Part shown: piece by piece, positions 59,330 to 64,000 of the stretch
Position numbering within the stretch: the stretch's first letter is position 1
Layout of the letters: each line of letters opens with the position of its first letter
Source: an uncultured Gammaproteobacteria bacterium
Lineage (GTDB): Bacteria > Patescibacteriota > Microgenomatia > Levybacterales > GWA1-39-11
Direction: 5' to 3'
Assembly (NCBI GenBank): GCA_964651815.1
Contig: CAZYWG010000009.1
Coordinates: 601-64,600, forward strand
DNA: 64,000 bases
Notes under the pieces: generated by a model
Database searches by the model: none
The model's input: the letters and a program-made list of their open reading frames with translations, nothing else
Told to the model about the DNA's origin: nothing
Position numbers and translations under genes: made by a program

Positions 59330-60211
59330 CATCTCACCCGGAATATAAAATGTCCATGTTGGTCTTAGTTTAAAAAAAGGATCAACAACTCTCATTATAA
59401 ATTTCCTTAAAGAATATCTGCTTAGGGAATTATCCAAAAGATCACGTGTAGCAACAAATGGAAAAGTTTTAGTCTCTAAGTGCTTAATACCGCTGTTTTC
59501 TGCTAACAAATTAAGACTTTTTTCGGTAAAATATTGAATATGTTGTCCCTGCCAATACCACCAATTTCGTGTGAGAAGCTTGCTTGGTAATGAATTTATA
59601 TCCCCTGTCCAAATCACCAATATTCCTCCGGGTTTAAGAAGTTTGCTAATATACCCCATTTCTTCTCTGGGCAATTCAAAATGTTCAATCACACCAAACA
59701 AAGTTATAACTTCATATTTGCGCCTGGAATTCTTCGAGAGCTCTTTTAATCTTTCACGATGAATTGTTATCCCCTTCTTGCGGGCAATTTCTGAAGACCA
59801 ACGAGATAATTCGAGCCCTTCAACCTTATATCCGAATTTCTTAGATACCGACAAAAATTCTCCTGTTGCGCATCCTACATCAAGAATTGTACCCGAGGAA
59901 ACATAATTTTTAATGTGAGGAAGAATTTTTGCAGCTGATATACTAATTGATACTAAATAATTAAGATACTCCTGATCAATTACGTCCTTATAATTTTTAA
60001 ACATGTCTTTGGGTAAAGGGGAGCAAAAAACGTGCGAACACTCTAAACATTTTACGGCTCTGAAAGTTTTACCTGAGTTCGGAGTCTTCACATACGTAAA
60101 TGATAGTTTTTTAAGATCGATGTTTGATGGATACAGCTCTTGCGTATTTTCTGAATAGCAAACTGGGCATTTATCGTTTTTTTTCTTTTTCAAATTTTTT
60201 GCTTTAAGCAT
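59294..60211 (-). CDS. Class I SAM-dependent methyltransferase with an N-terminal Cys4 zinc ribbon
   Basis: CPVCYS...CLECSHVFC, then ILDVGCATGEFL (motif I) and ITLFGVIEHF. Confidence 0.65.
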   Translation of the reverse strand: MLKAKNLKKKKNDKCPVCYSENTQELYPSNIDLKKLSFTYVKTPNSGKTFRAVKCLECSHVFCSPLPKDMFKNYKDVIDQEYLNYLVSISISAAKILPHIKNYVSSGTILDVGCATGEFLSVSKKFGYKVEGLELSRWSSEIARKKGITIHRERLKELSKNSRRKYEVITLFGVIEHFELPREEMGYISKLLKPGGILVIWTGDINSLPSKLLTRNWWYWQGQHIQYFTEKSLNLLAENSGIKHLETKTFPFVATRDLLDNSLSRYSLRKFIMRVVDPFFKLRPTWTFYIPGEMLWIGRKPFKKR

Positions 60212-60254
60212 ATGAATTTAACATTCTATCATCTAATGATAAAACGTCAAAGTG

Positions 60255-61367
60255 TTATTTTTTCCACAAATGCACGTACATAGAAACAACCTTATTCCAA
60301 GTTTGAGCCTGAACCCACCCATACCCAGCTTCGATTTTTTGACGCTCTGCCTCTGGATGTTCAATATAATATAGTAAGTCACGCACGAGAGCCTCGGAAC
60401 TGCCTGAGATTGATATGTATTTTGCAAATGGAGACATTCTAAGGTAATCTTCTTTTAAAGGATTGTCATAGAGCGCAAAAACCATTCTTTTTGAGGCTAA
60501 AGCCTCTAGTATTGAAAGGTATCTCGAAACAAAAGCAAACCGGTATGAAACAAGAAGTTTTTCTGGGTTCTTTACAAACCCAAGCACGTTAGAATATTTC
60601 TGAACTTTTTGTTTAAATTTACCGTCCCCTGCTACAACAAAATCAAATTTTGGAAACGTCTTTCTAATCTCACCTACCGCGCCACAATACTCTAGGATAC
60701 CAGTTTGTTCATCCAGCCGCCCAAAAAAAAATGCACTTTTTTTGTTTTTTTTAAAACTTTGAACTTTTAAATTTGAACTTTTAACTTTTCCCACTCCGCC
60801 GTATGATACAAAGTCGGGTTTGGCATAATACCATTTTTTCATAAACGATCCTATGCAAATTGACCCGTATGATAAAAATTCCGACAATTTTCTAACGATG
60901 ATTGCTTTTTTTTTGACCGGGAAACTTTCATATCCATGGAATGTTGTATAGACCTTTTTCCAAAAAAGTAAAACACGGAAAGGGAGGTACCAAAAGAAAA
61001 CATCATGGCATTGAATTATGTCCGAATCCAAAACAACAGGAAGCACTTTTAACATTTTCAGCCATATCCTGAATTTTTTAAACCAATCGTCTTTTCCAAA
61101 ATTTAGTCTGATGATTTTTATTTTATCAAGCTCAAAAAAATCATTTTGGATTGATTTGACGGGCTGTCTTGTTTTACCATCAGCACTATCACTTCTGCCT
61201 ATTGACTGATAACCTATGCTTTTGCTATGCTGATTTTTTGGGGGAAATTCCGTGACTACAGAGACCTCATATCCTTTTTCAATTAATATTTTTGCTACTT
61301 CCAAACAGTGCTTCTCCACCCCACCAATCTCAGGATAGAAGCGTCTCGCCAAAAATAAAATTTTCAT
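60255..61367 (-). CDS. Glycosyltransferase family 4 (GT-B)
   Basis: MKILFLARRFYPEIGGVEKHCLEVAKIL N-terminal domain. Confidence 0.7.
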   Translation of the reverse strand: MKILFLARRFYPEIGGVEKHCLEVAKILIEKGYEVSVVTEFPPKNQHSKSIGYQSIGRSDSADGKTRQPVKSIQNDFFELDKIKIIRLNFGKDDWFKKFRIWLKMLKVLPVVLDSDIIQCHDVFFWYLPFRVLLFWKKVYTTFHGYESFPVKKKAIIVRKLSEFLSYGSICIGSFMKKWYYAKPDFVSYGGVGKVKSSNLKVQSFKKNKKSAFFFGRLDEQTGILEYCGAVGEIRKTFPKFDFVVAGDGKFKQKVQKYSNVLGFVKNPEKLLVSYRFAFVSRYLSILEALASKRMVFALYDNPLKEDYLRMSPFAKYISISGSSEALVRDLLYYIEHPEAERQKIEAGYGWVQAQTWNKVVSMYVHLWKK

Positions 61368-61386
61368 GAATTCTGCGGGCAGACAG

Positions 61387-61458
61387 TGGACCCGAAGGGA
61401 CTCGAACCCCTGACATCTTCGATGTGAACGAAGCGCTCTACCACTGAGCTACGGATCC
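61387..61458 (-). tRNA. tRNA-Val (anticodon CAC)
   Basis: The reverse complement GGATCCGTAGCTCAGTGGTAGAGCGCTTCGTTCACATCGAAGATGTCAGGGGTTCGAGTCCCTTCGGGTCCA folds as a cloverleaf. The anticodon stem CTTCG/CGAAG is perfect, the loop is TTCACAT and the T-loop TTCGAGT is canonical. TGGTAGAAT (an extended -10 box) lies 13 nt upstream. Confidence 0.8.
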
Positions 61459-61592
61459 TCAATGCTCAAACATTCTACCAAACTTATGGTCATATTTCTA
61501 TTTTGGGCATCAATTTGAGACATTGGCCTATATTGACAATAGAATTTATACTTTTCTTCTGTTAAAATCAACGAAACGATCTTATTCCGAGC

Positions 61593-63026
61593 ATGACAAA
61601 AACTCTCATCCTCATACCTACGTACAATGAATCAAAAAACGTTGAACTTCTTTACTATGAGATTAAAAAGAATAAAATTAAATCCGATATTTTATTTGTT
61701 GATGACAACTCCCCGGATGGAACTTCCAAAATAATCGCCGCACTTGCCAAAAAAGACAAATCTGTAAAGTTGCTTACACGCAAAAGCAAGCAAGGAATTG
61801 GAAGCGCCCACAAAGCAGGCATAGATTACGCATACAAAATGCATTACCAAACTCTTATTACCATGGATTCTGATTTTACCCATAAACCCAAGGACATCTT
61901 GAAATTTATGGCCCAGAAAAACCACGCAGATATAATTGTAGGTTCACGATATCTTGCAAAAGATAGCCTGTCTGACTGGAATTTTTTAAGGAAAGCACTT
62001 ACTGTTACGGCCCATTTCCTTACAAAAACCATTCTTTCAATAAAATATGATGCGACGGGCGCTTTCCGCCTATATAATCTGGACAAAATTCCTCAAGACG
62101 TATTTAAATTAGTTGAATCAAATGGCTATTCATTCTTTTTTGAAAGCCTTTATATCTTGCTTCTTAATGGCCTCAAAATTAGGGAGGTTTCAATAAGTCT
62201 CCCTGCAAGAACTTATGGTTCTTCAAAAATGAGTCTGAATGACGCTTGGAAAAGCCTTACTTTTCTCTTCCAAACTTACTATTTGTCAAAAATCTACAAG
62301 GATTCTTATATATACTCGCCACAGTTTATGCCTGCCAGAAAACTCAACGAAAAAGGTGAGGACGAATGGGACGAGTATTGGCGGACGGAAAGAAAAAAAA
62401 GGAAGGTGCTATATGACGCTCTAGCCGTCTTTTATAGAAAGTACATAATCAAACGTACACTCAATCATTACTTGACTAAAACGTTCAAAAAAGGGGCATT
62501 TCTGCTTCACGCAGGCTGTGGCGGCGGCCAGGTGGATGAAGATGTGGTGAATTACGCCAAAATAACGGCTCTAGACATATCCATTGAAGCATTAAATAGG
62601 TATAAATGGCTTTACAAGAATAAATGCAAGGTTGTACACGGCAGCATTTTTAAGATTCCATCTAAAAATCAAAACTTTGATGGGATATATAACTTAGGAG
62701 TTATGGAGCACCTAACTGACAAAGAAATAAAAGTAACACTTGATGAATTTAATAGAATACTTAAAAAGAATGGTAAAATTCTCCTCTTTTGGCCTCCGGC
62801 TTTTGGAGCCAGTGTCCTTTTTTTAAACACAGTCCACTTTATTTTGAATGGGATCCTTAAAAAGAATATACGCTTGCATCCGCACGAAATTACAAAAGTT
62901 ACTTCAAGAAAACAAATCGGCAATATCCTTGCTCGTTCGGGTTTTGAACTTGAAAAATTTGACTTTGGGCCGAGAGATTTCTTTACATATACCATAATTG
63001 TGGGTAAAAAATTATATAATCGTTGA
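61593..63026 (+). CDS. Fusion protein: Dpm1-like GT2 (polyprenol-phosphate sugar synthase-like) plus a C-terminal class I SAM methyltransferase domain
   Basis: The N-terminus LILIPTYNESKNV...FVDDNSPDGT...TMDSDFTHKP is GT2 of the DPM/GtrB type. The C-terminus FLLHAGCGGGQ...ITALDIS...LGVMEHL carries MTase motifs I to III. Confidence 0.65.
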   Translation: MTKTLILIPTYNESKNVELLYYEIKKNKIKSDILFVDDNSPDGTSKIIAALAKKDKSVKLLTRKSKQGIGSAHKAGIDYAYKMHYQTLITMDSDFTHKPKDILKFMAQKNHADIIVGSRYLAKDSLSDWNFLRKALTVTAHFLTKTILSIKYDATGAFRLYNLDKIPQDVFKLVESNGYSFFFESLYILLLNGLKIREVSISLPARTYGSSKMSLNDAWKSLTFLFQTYYLSKIYKDSYIYSPQFMPARKLNEKGEDEWDEYWRTERKKRKVLYDALAVFYRKYIIKRTLNHYLTKTFKKGAFLLHAGCGGGQVDEDVVNYAKITALDISIEALNRYKWLYKNKCKVVHGSIFKIPSKNQNFDGIYNLGVMEHLTDKEIKVTLDEFNRILKKNGKILLFWPPAFGASVLFLNTVHFILNGILKKNIRLHPHEITKVTSRKQIGNILARSGFELEKFDFGPRDFFTYTIIVGKKLYNR

Positions 63027-63066
63027 CATAGAACTCCCTTTAATTCAAAATGGGTGAGGCCCCTCT

Positions 63067-63657
63067 TTGGGTATAACAGGATTACGCATGGACATTCTCA
63101 GAAAATTTTATTCAGTAGCAATTGACCTAGTTGAAACGCTTGTTATAGCAGGAGCAATTTTTGTAGTAATTTATGCTTTTCTTTTTAGGCCATTTCAGGT
63201 CAACGGCCAATCCATGTACCCAAATTATCACGATGGTGAATATATACTTACCAATCTTATTGCGCTTCGTCTCGGGTCAATTAATAGAGGCGATGTTATA
63301 GTTTTTCAGGCACCACCTGACCCGGAAAAAGATTACATAAAAAGGGTAATTGGACTACCGGGTGACCAAATTGAGGTTAAAAACGGAGGGGTTTTGGTAA
63401 ATGGAAAAGTACTTAACGAGTCTGATTATCTTGCGAGTGACGTCCTGTCGTCTCAAGGTTCATATCTTACAGAAGGGAAAACCATAACTGTTCCACAAGG
63501 GAATTATTTTGTTATGGGAGATAACAGGCCTGAAAGTTCCGACTCGCGTGCGTGGGGATTTGTACCCAAAGATAAAATAATAGGCGAATCATTTTTTGTT
63601 TACTGGCCAGTGACACGGATGAGGCTTGTTAAACGTGGGAAATACGGCGCAAACTAA
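63067..63657 (+). CDS. lepB: Signal peptidase I
   Basis: S26 motifs GQSMYPN (Ser box), KRVIGLPGD (Lys box), GDNRPESSDSR and WGFVP. Confidence 0.85.
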   Translation: MGITGLRMDILRKFYSVAIDLVETLVIAGAIFVVIYAFLFRPFQVNGQSMYPNYHDGEYILTNLIALRLGSINRGDVIVFQAPPDPEKDYIKRVIGLPGDQIEVKNGGVLVNGKVLNESDYLASDVLSSQGSYLTEGKTITVPQGNYFVMGDNRPESSDSRAWGFVPKDKIIGESFFVYWPVTRMRLVKRGKYGAN

Positions 63658-64000
63658 TCTGCTTTTGAGGTTAATCTTTCAGTCAAATCTTCAATAGCTT
63701 TTCTTGTCTCCTCTTCATCGCCCTTTATTTCAATTTTGATTATTGCTTTCAACCTTGATTGGTCTATCCTTACCATTGTGTAGCCTCGTGCTTCTTTAAT
63801 TGCAAGAGATTTGTTGTCAAGCTCTGGAATGTACATTTTGTCGCGCTTCTTGTGCGGTTCTTTCTTTTGAACTTCAGACTTAAGTTGACGCGCTACTTCT
63901 TCTGCCCCTCTGACGGAGATTCCCTCAACTAGAATCTTCTTGAACGCCTGGAGCATAAGCTTAGGGTCACCAATTGAGATTAATGGCCTAACATGGCCCT
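63654..64000 (-). CDS. parB: ParB-like partition protein, C-terminal part only (the 5' end lies beyond the window)
   Basis: The frame stays open to the window edge. GHVRPLISIGDPKLMLQAFKKILVEGISVRGAEEVARQL matches the ParB GHARALL..DP....A..I...GLSVRETE.LV segment. Confidence 0.55.
   Translation of the reverse strand, partial: GHVRPLISIGDPKLMLQAFKKILVEGISVRGAEEVARQLKSEVQKKEPHKKRDKMYIPELDNKSLAIKEARGYTMVRIDQSRLKAIIKIEIKGDEEETRKAIEDLTERLTSKAD

Overview
This is a low-GC, gene-dense chromosomal segment with small tightly packed genes and extensive paralogous membrane glycosyltransferases, which suggests a CPR/Patescibacteria-like bacterium (inference). From 1 to about 31 kb the window is mostly housekeeping. 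It carries a partial hypothetical gene, GT2 and GT-C fold glycosyltransferases, rplS, pyrG and an 880-bp AT-rich non-coding region holding terminator-like hairpins and a GC-rich structured element. Beyond that lie a LysM protein, tRNA-Asp(GTC), a PolX polymerase with a PHP domain, the LemA-HtpX pair, murT and gatD split by an APH-like kinase gene, and a catalytically degenerate asparaginase homologue. Next come gatC-orf-gatA-gatB, a minimal stand-alone GGDEF protein, dnaE and a complete F1Fo ATP synthase operon (atpBEFHAGDC) with a short delta subunit. From about 31.5 to 63 kb lies a large cell-envelope glycosylation island. It contains at least nine paralogous GT-C fold (PMT/ArnT-like) membrane glycosyltransferases, three of which are N-terminally fused to cytoplasmic GT2 or GT4 domains. 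It also contains several GT2/GT4 enzymes, a Wzx flippase, a Wzy_C/O-antigen-ligase-like protein and an NDP-deoxysugar tailoring cassette. That cassette holds an RmlD-like reductase, a WecB-like 2-epimerase, a cupin isomerase, an SDR epimerase/dehydratase and two paralogous TylC3-type C-methyltransferases. The island also carries three further SAM methyltransferases, one of them fused to a Dpm1-like GT2, and an embedded tRNA-Val(CAC). The window ends with signal peptidase I and a partial parB. I saw no CRISPR array, no integrase or transposase and no rRNA. Many genes share an extended -10 box (TGnTAnAAT) placed 5-8 nt before the start codon, which implies leaderless mRNAs. All functional calls rest on motifs read by eye, and no database search was possible.
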